A stretch of DNA of 63,629 nt, counting the filler, from Ionaspis alba (taxonomy: Eukaryota), in assembly GCA_964255285.1 (NCBI GenBank). It is 2 parts of 2 records of this genome, joined end to end, with 100 filler letters (N's around TTAATTAATTAA, not from the genome) between each part and the next. Parts side by side here need not be neighbours in the genome. Positions count along the whole stretch, not along the records: positions 1 to 31,772 come from CAXUUL010000106.1; 1 more part is not named here. One strand, 5' to 3'. Positions within the stretch are counted from its first letter, which is position 1. Every line of letters starts with the position of its first letter. The notes under the pieces were generated by a model. It searched no databases and was not told the DNA's origin. It was given only the letters and a program-made list of their open reading frames with translations. This document shows, piece by piece, positions 13,963 to 26,534 of this stretch. The position numbers and the translations under genes are program-made.

Positions 13963-14693
13963 CGTCGAAGAATGCGTCGTAGACTAAGATAAAAGGAAGG
14001 CCGATGTTTCCAGAAGAAGATCAGGCTGTGCCAGCTAGAGGTAGTGCTTTCGATGTTCTCTTGCACGATCTCTGGGATATGAGATGTATCTTGCAAAACA
14101 AGTATCAGACAGACTCTTTTTAAGAGTGGTTTGAATGACTGCTAGCTAATAGAATGAGAGACCATTTCTGATTATTTCTGCTCAACACCACAGCTCTCCC
14201 ACAGTAACAACAGCCGCTCGCCCTCCGCCTCCTCTCACCAAGCTGACAATAAGACCTCTCAATGTTGCCAACCAGAGGGATTCTGAATGAACACCTCGCA
14301 ATGAGGGATTTCAATAGTAAAATGAGCTGAGTCACTGACTCTTTGGGACAGATTAGAGGATTGATGAATGGACTAAAGTTGTTCTATTGCTCACGAGAAA
14401 TAGGTTCAAAGATTAGAAGTAGATGATTTCGACTAGGGAGTCGTAAGGCCACGCCACTAGTAAAGTTTTTAGCGCCGGAAACCACTAAGCGCAGCAATTT
14501 TGGCTTGGCATTTCATCACCTCCATGCGCCTCATTGTTCTTTCGTCTCAGATACCAACTTCGACCAGCTTGACAGCTTCCTTCACCACCCTACAATCCTA
14601 AAGATCAGATAGTTTCCCTAGCCTTTGCACGCAACAGTTGATAGTCTCGACGTCGTTCAACGACCTCACCACCAGCCATTACACCCACACAAC

Positions 14694-15098
14694 ATGAAGC
14701 TCTATCTCCTTACTATCTGCCTTGCGCTCTTCCTGGTGGCAGTGACGGCGGTTGCACCTCCGCAGAAGCAGGTCATTATCACCTATGCCAAAGACACACC
14801 AGATTCGGTTCTCGATGATGCGAAGAAAGTAATAAAGGAAGCGGTACGTCTGGCCCACCATGCTCTCATCATCTGAAGCTAACAACATTCCGCTAGGGTG
14901 GGAAAATTACACATGAATATGGTCAGTCCAATTTTTCAACTGTAGAGTCGATGGGACTGATATTTTGCAGAACTAATACGAGGATTCGCCGCCAAAGCCT
15001 CCGCAAAGGCCCTCGAAAAGGTCAATACGTTGTCGGCAACATTTCGCCCAACTGTAGAGGAAGACCAGGTCGTAACTGCTTGGGAATCTCCTTCATAG
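14694..15098 (+). CDS. Secreted peptidase-inhibitor I9 (subtilisin propeptide-like) protein, 2 introns
   Basis: Signal peptide, then VIITYAKDTPDSVLDDAKKVIKEAGGKITHEYELIRGFAA...VEEDQVV. Confidence 0.85.
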
Positions 15099-15735
15099 TG
15101 CCGAATTACCGGTTGACTGTGTTTCTATGGTATGGCAGAAGCAATCAAGGAGTTTCACAAACGCACATACTGGGTATGACAAGGAGTTGGATGAGATCGA
15201 AAGAACGATGAAGATCATCAGGCATGGATTAGGCGCTGGACTCATCATCAGGATAGGCTATACGTGCTCTGTACACATTCTCGGATCCTTATGACTGAAT
15301 GCGACCTACTTGATGCTTAACGAGTTTTTAGAGTGTAAGAGTATTTGTCATTGCACTTTTCATCGTCAGGTTGCGTGTGCAAGTAATTTGCGGATAATAA
15401 TCAAGGTGCATATATAACTGCGGTGGATGTAGCAGTTTCCCAGCGTTGTATGAAGTGGAAATGCCCGAAAGGCCTCAGCCGGCTAGATCAAAACCACATA
15501 TTCTTTGTTCCGATAAAGAGATTCTATAAATATAATCAACCACAATGACCTTAGAATAATCGGCCTTTGTTCGGGCCGCTGGCGAACAAGCATCTTATCG
15601 AGGTGCAGCAAGTATGCAATTGTACATAATCGGTTCCGTGCCTACTTTTTGGGTGGCATACTGCCATACAGTTCTTACTTCGCTGAACGCTTCCCCTCGC
15701 CATACGCTGAAAACTTATCACCCTCTACAGTCACT

Positions 15736-18700
15736 ATGGCAGGCAAAACCGACCAAATAGCTGCAGGTGCAGCTCTTCTTGAATGGGTAGGTACCTAGAC
15801 TCGATGCTTCTATGCGTGCGACGCGTCGGAGCAAGTGCAAAAGTACCATTGCTGACCATGATATAGATAAACAGTCTCCCCATATCTGGGCGAGCAGAGT
15901 CTTTGAGCGATCTCAATGATGGACATAAAATATGGGCCGTTCTCCGTAAGTTCCGCATCACAATGTTTATGGTGGGGTGGATTTGATACTGACTTCGAGC
16001 ATATAGGTGGCATCGATCCAGTATATTTTGCTACCGATCTCCCGGAAGGTCCGAGCTCGTCAGGAAGGTGGTTAGCACGATGGCAGAATTGTGAGTATAC
16101 AGGCCGAGACTTATTAGGGCATTACACTGACTCGCACCAGTGAAACAGATTAGCAGAACTCTTTTGGCCTATATGACGGATCACTGCGGTGATGCGTTAC
16201 CTAGGGGCCCAGGTTCGGGAGACTTGAAGCTCATAGCTATGGATGGTCAAGCTGCCGAGACCATCAAGGCAGGCCTCCGCAACAGAGGGAGGGATGCAGC
16301 GCGACAGTATACTGACTATACCATACAGCTACTTAAGCTCGTACTAGTGGCCGCGATTAACTCCCCGAAAGCTGCAGAATTTATCCAGACAATGCCCACA
16401 CTGAGTACTGCAACGCAAAGCTCTCTTAAGGACCTGATAGAAGAGGTAATGCACACGGAAATTCGAACTACCAAGTCATCAGCTGACGGAAAACAGCTTC
16501 AATCGTCGCTCCCAGCCTCCGATGGGGATACATCTCGGACCAAAGTGTCCAAATCTCCATTGAAGTCCTCAATGGACCCAGAGTTACTTTTTGAGGAACG
16601 CTTTGGCAAAGTCATGGCTGATAACGACAAACTGACTAAGGAGAGGGGAGACTTACAGAAGGATCTCCAAGATCTCCACAACAGGCTCGCTCGATTGCAA
16701 GAGAATAATGTAAGTGTTACTCACAACATCCACTACGGCTTTGCTAATTCTCCATAGGAAGTCTTACAAGAACGATTGACAGAGGCAGAAGATCGGGCAC
16801 AACAGAAAGTGGCCTCTCAAGGGCAAGCTTACGTCAAGCAACTCGAGTCTAGAGTGTCAGTGCCATATCCTTTATCCTCATTATCGCTGCTAATGATTTC
16901 ACAGACAACAACAAGAAGACCTCATTGCTAATCAAGAGGGCCAAATATCTGGCTATAAGGCTAACGTGGAAAGTCTGCGAATGTCTGTAAGTACAAACTA
17001 TTGTGCGACCAGATTAACAGGACATATATCGCTAACAATGATTAGGCCGATAAGCATCGCAGAGCACATGAGAAGTCCCAATCGCTACAGGACGAACTCG
17101 ACGAGATCAAGACAGAAAGAGACAGCCTTGCCAGGAAAGCTAATACTATTGACAAGTATAAGCAGAAATTGCAAGCCACTCAGAATCTGGAAAAGGAAAA
17201 CCAACTTGTTCGTGGCGAGCTTGATGAGACTCGACAGCTCCTGAAAGACGCCCAACAAGCGAAACAGCGAGTTGCTGGGCTCGAGAAGACTATTGAGGAA
17301 TACAAACGTATCCTTCCCAAGATAGAAGAAGACCGACATGACGCGCAGATGATGAAAAAGCAGCTCGAATTCGACAATTCTGCTTTGGCCAAGCGATGTG
17401 AACAGGCCAAGGAGATCCATTCACGGGATCAAGAAAAAATTGCAGATTTGTTGGAGAAGAACCGATTCCTGGAATCTCCTTCGAACAGAGCATCTCGTGC
17501 TGGCGATGGACTGCAGAATGAGCTCGACGGAACTCAAGACCATGATACCAAGATGCAAGTCGCTATTATGACTCTCAAGTGGACTCGATTAACGCTTATG
17601 GGCAGAAACCGAGATCTGACTGGCAAGATCAAGCAGCTTGTGAAAACCTCAGAGGAGTCGGAAGCCAAAAGTGTCATGCTACAGCATCAGCTCGATGATG
17701 CAGTTCGAATGCACGCAGCTCTTGAGAAGAAATATCAGGATGTCTACCAGGATAGGATAGTGCTCGAGTCCGCCGTGACAGCAGTCAAAGGGAATCCATC
17801 TTTAGAGGAGTCAGATCCTCAATCGTTCCTTGATCGTTCTCTTACTCATCACTTCAGCAGAACCGAAATCTACCTAAACATGCGCGAGCAGATCGAGGAG
17901 GCCCAAGGAAGAACAAGAGAGCTTGAGGCTGAGAACAAAGCTCTCAAGAAACAGCTCGGGGACGTGCAGACCGATGGTGGGACGTCTCACGATTCTTTCA
18001 CCGCCCTCTATTCTGACAGGTCTCAAGCATCTACCCAAGATAATGACAAACTAGACGCGCTTGAACGTCTCAGGAAGGTGACATCTTCCGAGCTGAGCCT
18101 AATGCGGAAGAAGAACCACGTGCTTACAAAGAAGCTTCAGACCCTCGAGGCAGATCTTCAGACGCACAGACTTCTGCTCCAAAAAACCTTCGAAGAGCAG
18201 AAACCAGCCGAGATAGATCTGACGAAGAAAGAGCTGAATGATACCCTGGTTCAAATCAGCCGCGCAGCACTCGGGCGCGTATCGAGTCAAGATGTGATAG
18301 CCAATGAGACGCTTGATAGACATATCGGCGATCTCGCAGATATTATCAAGGAGGGCAGAGGGCGAGTGGCAAAGAAAACAGAGGTACAGCAGAACATTCA
18401 GCATAATCCCACGGAAGCTGCCCCTCAAATCACCGATCCCCGGACTCAGCCAACTCGTAATCGTCTCTCGAGATTCATTCGATCTGCTGACTTGAAGTAG
18501 CATATCGAAAAACAGGATCTGGAGATTCAGGAATTGCGAGAACGCCTGCAACAAGCAGAAGTCGAACGGCCTTCAGAGTTCCAGGGCCAAGTGAGTGTCG
18601 GAAATGCTGTTCTTGCTTGCACATTTCTGATGGGATGCAGTCTATCCTCGAACAAGAGCTCGAGAATGTCAAGCGCGAGAACAAGCTTATGGCCACTGCT

Positions 18701-18829
18701 TTTCATAGTCTTTCGAGTCGACTGCAGATGAACAGCGTGACTCTACAGAGAAGAACTGAAAACCCTGTGAGCTTCTTGAACAGACAGAGACAGAAGGTCA
18801 ATCAGGCGACGGCAGTGAGACAAAGGTGA
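15736..18829 (+). CDS. hookA: Hook-family dynein/early-endosome adaptor, about 13 introns
   Basis: N-terminal ALLEWINSL...LSDLNDG Hook/CH domain, long coiled coil, C-terminal ENKLMATAFHSL...SFLNRQRQ motif. Confidence 0.85.
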
Positions 18830-19104
18830 GTAATCTCTTACCAGCGACTTGGTCCAAGCACTCCGGAAGTCTTGCATATTGATTGTATGGAATGTGATGT
18901 ATAAATGGAGTCTTTCGGCGTTCGGAATGAATTTTGGATAGCTCTATACCCCTGGATGGTTTGGGAAGGATTTTTTACAGGTTCATCTCACGAACGAATA
19001 TTGCGAGTCTTATAGTCAGACATAGTTTGCGATGCTGCAGCCCGCAATGCGTTCGCCTATACTCCGACATTCGCTTTGACTATTTATTTAGCGACGTCCA
19101 ATCC

Positions 19105-20520
19105 TCACACCCACTCTACCGGTTTTCGCAAAACTCCTAATAACCTCTCCTCTTTGCCTCCCGGCTCTGGTTCGTGCATATAGACCCACCTTGCAGTCAA
19201 TGGCAGGCTCATCAGAATACTCTCCACTCTCGCGCCTGGTGTATTCAAGCCAAAACTCGTCCCCCGATCATGCACGAGGTTGAACTCCACATATCTCCCC
19301 CTTCGCAGCTGCTGCCACTGCTTCTCCTGATCCCCGTACATCATGTCCTTCCTCTTCTGAATAATCGGCAGGTACGACGGTAGGAACGCCTCCAAGCAAT
19401 GCTTCACAAACGAAAACAACTCCTCCTGATCCTTCTCATCCTCGTCTAAATCATCAAAGAATATCCCCCCAACACCTCTCGATTCCTGCCGATGCGGAAT
19501 ATGAAAATAAGTATCACACCACGCCTTGAACCTCGGATAATATCCTTTATCGTGCCGATCACACGCCTCCTTGATCGTCCGATGGAAATGAATTGCATCC
19601 TCCTCAAAGAGATAACTCGGCGTCAAATCCGTCCCGCCCCCAAACCACCACGCATTCTGCCGACCCTTCTCATCCATCGTCTCAAAGTACCGATAATTCA
19701 AATGCACCGTCGGCGCCATGGGATTATGCGGATGCAGTACCAGACTCAACCCCGCCGCAAAAAACCCCAGGCTCTCCACGCTCGGATCCAGCGCCTTATG
19801 ATTCACGCGCATTTTCTCAATCGCCGGCCGCGGCAAGGTCCCGTACACGATACTCGTGTTCACCCCAGCCTTTTCGAAGACTTTTCCGTCTTGCAGCACG
19901 CAGGATATGCCTCCACCCCCAGTGGGACGCGACCAGGTATCTTTGCGGAATTTGGCGCCCTTGTCGACGTCCTCGAGCGCGGACACGATTAGCGCTTGTT
20001 GCTCTTTGATGAAAGATTCCATGCGTAACCGCATGGGTGAGTCTGCAGTTATGCCGCTTTCACGCTTGCGCCGGGAATCGATGTCGGCGATTGAGGGAGC
20101 TTCGGTCTTTTCGGGGGGCGGGTTGGAGAAGAAGTTGGGGTCCACGTCGGAGGTGAGCTGATGTTTTTGGTATGTCAGTTAAGTATCAAGGAGGTCAGGG
20201 GCCAGGGGCCAGAAGGCTATTTGAGATTGATGGGGGTAATTGAGAGGCGGATTTACCATGTTATAGATTAAGACGCCGAGGAAAACCATGCCAAATGCTA
20301 TGCGAGTTTTCGGCGCAAAGGCTTTACTTTTTGGTTGTGGTTGAGAGAGGTGTTTTTGAATTGTGGAGGTGGGGACTTCGGGGAGGTCATCCTGTGGTCC
20401 CCGGCGCCGAACTGTGGCATGGCGGACTTGAGGTTGGTATCTGAGAGGAAAGAGGTGCTTTCGACATATTCTGAGAGGGTGGGGACCTGCTTTAAGCAAG
20501 CGCTGCATCGATGCTGCCAT
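19105..20520 (-). CDS. HEM13: Coproporphyrinogen III oxidase with N-terminal presequence and TM; intron 20158-20256
   Basis: GGGGISCVLQDGKVFEKAGVN, HPHNPMAPTVHLNYRYFE, WWFGGGTDLTP, RGVGGIFFDD, QLRRGRYVEFNL; the upstream exon joins in frame. Confidence 0.96.
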
Positions 20521-21326
20521 TGGTCACAAGTTTGAGAAATGTTCGGAATGAATGTTAACGATCCATGAGTATTGCGTAAAGACGAGAGTAGAGCTAGTTC
20601 TTTCTGCTTGTTGTAGTAAGAAATATATGTTCCTAACCAATGGTAAGCACGTGGTGGAAGGCCGTCACGATGTCATGAGAAATATTGCAGGGATGTGATG
20701 ATGATAGTTTCTCCGAGATCCGATCGAAGTTTAGAACAAAGCGCAGTCACATGATGACTTTCTCAGGCAAATGCATCATCAGGAAATGAGAGTGTGGCAT
20801 TGTCTGACTCAAAGAATGACAAAGTAACTCTGTAGCTCGTCATCNNNNNNNNNNNNNNNNNNNNNNNNNNNNNNNNNNNNNNNNNNNNNNNNNNNNNNNN
20901 NNNNNNNNNNNNNNNNNNNNNNNNNNNNNNNNNNNNNNNNNNNNGAGTGTGGCATTGTCTGACTCAAAGAATGACAAAGTAACTCTGTAGCTCGTCATCC
21001 ACGATCTCATTTACATCCTGTGTGTGTGACTCTACCCAGCTGATAGCACTGATTCCCATCAATACACAGTCCCTCTGTGTCGGAGCCGTCAGAAGCTGCA
21101 TTTCATCCCACTCTCGCACCTTCATACACCGCCCAGTGTTTGAGATCTCGTGCCAAGACCAGACTTACAACATCCCCCCGCTGCCTAATCAGTACCCATC
21201 ACTCATCAACCTTCACCTTCTTCAACCACGATCACCACTCGACAGCCTGCAGCTAATCCTTCACCACCATCAGCTTCATCAATACCTAGTAATACATCCA
21301 AGTCCTTCATTATCAACACTTCCACC

Positions 21327-21851
21327 ATGCGTTCCAAGTTCAAGGACGAGCATCCCTTCGAGAAGCGCAAGGCAGAGGCGGAGCGCATCCGACAGAAGTA
21401 TGCCGACCGTATTCCAGTGAGTAATTCCTCATCTCCCAAGCTCATCGCTGTCCTTCATCAGAGTCATCAAATCCAGAGCTCCTGCTAAGACTACAATCTG
21501 CTAGGTCATCTGCGAGAAGGTCGAGAAATCAGATATCGCGACCATCGACAAGAAGAAGTATCTGGTTCCTGCAGACTTGACAGTCGGCCAGTTCGTCTAC
21601 GTGATCCGAAAGCGCATCAAGCTATCGCCTGAGAAGGCGATCTTCATCTTCGTAGATGAAGTCCTGCCTCCGACCGCAGCGCTCATGAGCTCTATCTATG
21701 ACGAGCATCAGGATCTGGACGGATTCTTGTACATCACGTAAGCTACTCGTTCCACAGAACTTGGTCATAAGTGTTGCAGAAGCTAAAGCGATTGTACTAC
21801 AGGTACTCCGGCGAAAACACTTTCGGCGACCTCTTCGAGGAAGTATGCTAG
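21327..21851 (+). CDS. ATG8: Autophagy ubiquitin-like protein Atg8, 2 introns
   Basis: [41 protein letters not shown]...YSGENTFG, followed by a DLFEEVC tail. Confidence 0.98.
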
Positions 21852-22566
21852 ATCGATTCTTCCTCCCCCTTCACGACACGTACGCTACTACGCGATGATG
21901 GAAGGACCTTCTGGGCGTCTGGGAGATGGGGCTATTTGTTTCTTTGGCATGCCGCATGTTATTGCTACGAGGCGGATCGAGAGGAAGGCCTCTAGAGTGG
22001 CCAAAAACGACATGTATAGCAGGCAATACGGCCGGCTAGCATGCTGGTCAATAATCTTTGGCAGGCTCGACGAAGTAATAGTGGATCTGTACTGCGTGGT
22101 TCAGATTAGGATACATCCACTAGACTGATTTGGTCAAGACCTTTTTCACCTCTCTCGTTGCATTGGATGCCCACCTTCCTGGGCTTGCATGTTGCGATCT
22201 GGCTCAGAGTAATTTCTCCTTGCTAGAGCAGCCAGTATAATTGTATTTTGGTTTGCTCCCCCGGTTTCCAATCCATTGTACTATCGGATCCTCTGACTTT
22301 TCTCACCCACGGCTGCCTTCCCATGCCGTCCTCGTATATCAGATCCCTTCTCTGCCCCTTCCCTCGTAAAGATGTCTCCGTTGCCCTCAGTGAAAGCTTT
22401 GAGCCATAACGGAGCGAGCTTTGTTCCCGCGAAGATCGGCCTTATCCCACGCTACCTATAGGCTCGAATCTAGCTCCTCTTCCAGTCCGGATGCAGCGGC
22501 CGCTCCTCTCGTTCCTAAGTTTCGAACATTGGCGATTGGCCCTGTTCCTTCCTACCCGCTCCAGAT

Positions 22567-22921
22567 TTATCGAGCGTTTTCTTTGTCCATCTCGATAGGT
22601 GTCTTGCTGTCCGGAACCTCAATCGGATCGACCTTTGGCCTGGGTTCTAGTCCTATGTGCCTGTAGAGATCAGTCGGACAGTCTTAGTCTCCTGCCTGTC
22701 CATCATATCTCTATCCGACCAGCTCCAGTTTCTTCTCCCGGTCTCTTCCTCAGGTTCAACGACCCAGTTTGGCCCTTCGCTTCTACGTATAACTCACATC
22801 TTCAGTTTTTTGATGGTATCTTCCATGCTTAACCCCTGTTCCCGCTCCTCACGTCGTATGCGCACAGCGGCTGCGGAGACGCCGATTGTGAAGGCAAAGA
22901 GGGGATCAAGCCATCTAGTGG
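22567..22921 (-). CDS. NCE101: Non-classical export protein 1-like small membrane protein (start probably inside N gap)
   Basis: RWLDPLFAFTIGVSAAAVRIRREERE resembles the fungal Nce101 core; a GTGAGT...CTACAG intron leads to a short last exon ending TAA at 22567. Confidence 0.65.
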
Positions 22922-23102
22922 NNNNNNNNNNNNNNNNNNNNNNNNNNNNNNNNNNNNNNNNNNNNNNNNNNNNNNNNNNNNNNNNNNNNNNNNNNNNNNN
23001 NNNNNNNNNNNNNNNNNNNNNTACCAGAAGCACAGATTTTGATATGGTCGTTACCACGTTATTCACCCCATACTTCCCACATACATCCTGACCTAGCCCC
23101 TA

Positions 23103-24168
23103 TCACGGCGAATACCTCGTCATGCCCTCCCCTCCCCTCTTAACCTCATACCTCAGCACCTCCAAGCTCTTCACGAAGTAATTTTCCAAACCCATCTCAT
23201 TTTTCAAGAACGCGCCCGTCTTCTCCAATCGCTTGACGTCCCGCCCCATAATCCATTCCGGGTTCTCTTCCCCGTTATTGGCGCCCTCGATCCGCCGCCT
23301 GATCACATCTACCATCGTGCTGTCCAGGTCGCGATAGAAGTCTGCGATGGCGCGGGCGTCGGCTTCGCTTTCTTCGCCGGTGTTGTGTGAGTTGAGGTTT
23401 CCGGCTAGCTTGATGAGGAGCTCGAAGGCGAGCGGGGCGCCTTGGCTGAGGGTTGAGAGATGCGTGATGGAGGGGATGAGAGTCGTAAGGGTTGTAGTAA
23501 CGGTGTGGGTTGGGATATGAGTGGGGAGAGAGTCGGCGAGGCGGTGCAGGTCGTAGTTGAGCATTGTCATCTTGCGATCGAGCTGGGATGAAAAGGTAGA
23601 GGCTGCAATAGGGGAGCGGGACATGGTGCTTGCAAGGCGGGGCGTCAGGTCTGAGGAAAATTGTTAGTTCGGGAGATCAGGATGTATCAGGATCGGAGTG
23701 AGGGCCCTTACCCGGACGGAGACCGCGTTTGTCGATCCAGGCGTGCATGTCCGCGCGCTCGTCTTCGAGTGTTTGGACTTGCATGTGGGCTTCGTCGAGA
23801 TCGGACTTCAGGAGCTCAATCTGTTCGAGATATGGCTTCAATGCTTCGTTGAAGGCTCGAGTCAATGGATCTGGCGCTGGCGCCATGTGCGCAGGCGCTG
23901 TGTGCATAGTAGCATCGCTGGCGGCATTAGGTAGCCGAGGTGGTGAGGGGAAATGATGCTGATCATGAGCTGGAGCCGACCGACGATACGACTGAAGCAT
24001 ATCCTGAGAATTGTGGTTGCTAGAGAACTGCGAGTCTTTGAAAGGAGCAGGCTGAGTGTTTTCAGCGTAGGAGGTCTGGGGACGGAAGGCAGGCATTTGG
24101 TTTGATTGTTCGAAGTCGCGCTCGCCTTTGGAACTTCGGTCTCTCGAAAGTCTTCGCAACCAGGACAT
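23103..24168 (-). CDS. Hypothetical protein with central coiled coil; intron 23651-23711
   Basis: Two ORFs join via a GTAAGG...CTAAC...TCAG intron; PDPLTRAFNEALKPY, HAWIDKRGLRPD, LNYDLHRL. Confidence 0.75.
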
Positions 24169-24873
24169 CGTCTGTGGATGATATGGTCTACACCGCGGAG
24201 AGTGTAGGCCGTCTGACACTTAATTGTAGGCTGAGTGGTGAGGTTGGGTGGATGAAAAGTGGCTAGTTTGTCGCGAAAGAGGTTGGGGAAACCCTAACTG
24301 ACGCGAAATCTATATCCCTGTCAATGCGCATCTTTGCCCCCATTTTGGCAAATGAGCTCTCGTGATGACCCGATAACATGGAAGAACGCCGTACAACAGC
24401 TGCCGCTGATTTGACCCTACCGTTAGGTTTCAATGCGGACGTTGACACGTTGTTCCACATGAAGTGAGAGCTGGAGCGGGAGAGCTCGCCGTTGGCCGGA
24501 GGACGGCGGATTCGAGGCGGGGTGGCTAGAACATCAAGGACGGCGGCAATCGTTCCGACATCTACGGCTAATTGTCTAATTCACCAATTGGACACAATGA
24601 GTCCTCACGGAGCAGCCGATTCTCACTCTCTGAGTTTGTAGCGAAATACCTACAATGTTTTGGAGCTCTGACGGTCCTCGCGTGGTTCTGCCCCAATCTA
24701 GATCTCGAACCCTGCATGTAAGCCAAGCTTCAACGACATTGTTTAGTGCCCGCCGCTAGTGATCNNNNNNNNNNNNNNNNNNNNNNNNNNNNNNNNNNNN
24801 NNNNNNNNNNNNNNNNNNNNNNNNNNNNNNNNNNNNNNNNNNNNNNNNNNNNNNNNNNNNNNNNTTCGCGGCC

Positions 24874-26115
24874 ATGGCTCCTGCCGTGGTTGAAGTAGTT
24901 GCTCGTTCTGCGGCCAAAGACTTCAAGAAAGAATCAGCAGCCGCTCGCCTCCTAGGATCAGGTAATTGCGTCGAATCGTAGTACACAAGCAAAGCTAATA
25001 CAGCTAGGCTCTGCTGGTATTGCTGAGCTCGCCATCTTTCACCCAGTACACACCCCAAAGCGTGTTTCCCGAAGCTCGATCTGACCGTTGATGAACAGGT
25101 CGACACGATAGCCAAGCGATTAATGAGCAACCAAGGCAAAGTACTGGACATCAATCGATATAAAGCTGCTATAACTAAACTTGAGATAAGATCACATCCG
25201 CGTCCAAGCTCAACAACGTTATCTTCAAGCAGTATGCTGGTGACGGGGTGTTACGCAAGTTTACCTCACTTTTCCCTGGACTCGGTTATGCCGCAGGATA
25301 CAAGGTTGGACTTGGCCTCTCAGTCGGCGACGGGGAGATGATGCTAAATAGTTGAAGGTTCTACAACGGATATACAAATATGGTGGGCAACCTTTCGTCC
25401 GAGATTATCTAGCCAAACACCACGGCGATAAGTTCGACAATGCCTTTGGCAAAGGCACCGGGAAGGCGATAATGCACGCAACAGCAGGAAGGCATGCAAT
25501 GACAACTCGAAGCTTCGATATTGGCTGCTGACGTGGTGTTCTAGCCTCATCGGCATTGGCGAGATTATCCTATTGCCCTTAGACGTTCTCAAGATCAAGA
25601 TGCAGACGAATCCAGAATCTTTCCGAGGCCGAGGCGTATTTCGAATAGTAGCGGATGAGGGTATGGGACTATACCGCGGAGCTGGCTGGACGGCGGCGAG
25701 GAACGCACCGGGGTCGTTTGCGGTAAGTCTCCCTACGTGTCAATTGGCTATCGTGAACGGATACTAAGATCCATTTCAGCTCTTCGGTGGCTCGGCTTTC
25801 GCCAAAGAAAAGATCTTCAAGCTCACAGACTACAACGCCGCCTCCTGGTCACAAAATTTCGTCGCCTCCGTTGCTGGTGCCTCAGCATCTCTCATCGTCT
25901 CCGCTCCTCTTGATGTCATCAAGACTCGGATACAGAATCGGAATTTCGAGAATCCTGAGAGTGGTTTCCGAATCGTGAGCAGTATGATGAAAAATGAGGG
26001 CATCACGAGCTTCTTCAAGGGCCTGACACCGAAGCTATTGATGACAGGACCGAAACTAGTGTTCAGCTTCTGGCTGGCGCAAACTCTAATTCCTGCTTTC
26101 AACAAAGTTGTCTAG
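24874..26115 (+). CDS. GGC1: Mitochondrial GTP/GDP carrier, 6 introns
   Basis: ARLLGSGSAGIAELAIFHPVDTIAKRLMSN, SLFPGLGYAAGYKVLQRIYKYGGQP, LPLDVLKIKMQTNP, APLDVIKTRIQ, FFKGLTPKLLMTGPKL. Confidence 0.96.
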
Positions 26116-26534
26116 ACGCATTTGTTCCGCAGGGACTGCTACAATTTGTTCTTGAGCTTTCTGAAAGATTTATATCCCTTCTTCCGGAAGGGTTTCCTTG
26201 TAATTACGGCATGTACAGCCAGAGCGGATCTTTGGCGCCACTCCACTTCACTGTCAATATTTCATGTACAGATAGATACATGTAGAACTGATTAGACAAC
26301 ATCAGCGCAGTTTCACCGCCGATTATGATACCGTACAGTAGATGGAACACCTGAAAGATAATTCGCATACAATAGTGAAATTGTGCTGACAAAGTCGCGA
26401 TGACTACGTCTAACCCGACATTCATACATAAATCGTCGTTCCATTGCGGTCTGTCTCGATACACACATTTCAATTTTCTACCCCAACGCCATGTTGCTAT
26501 GCCCCGTGTCCAATTTCCATCGCTGATGATACAC

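Noticed and set aside
20751..20807. ATGATGA...CTGA as a C/D box snoRNA
   Set aside because: No terminal stem or recognisable rRNA-complementary guide; it overlaps a gap-duplicated segment in the HEM13/ATG8 promoter.
24289..24300. AACCCTAAC as a telomerase RNA template
   Set aside because: It lies in a ~700-nt divergent promoter, too short for a filamentous-fungal TER, with no other TER elements seen; a Tbf1-like site is more likely.
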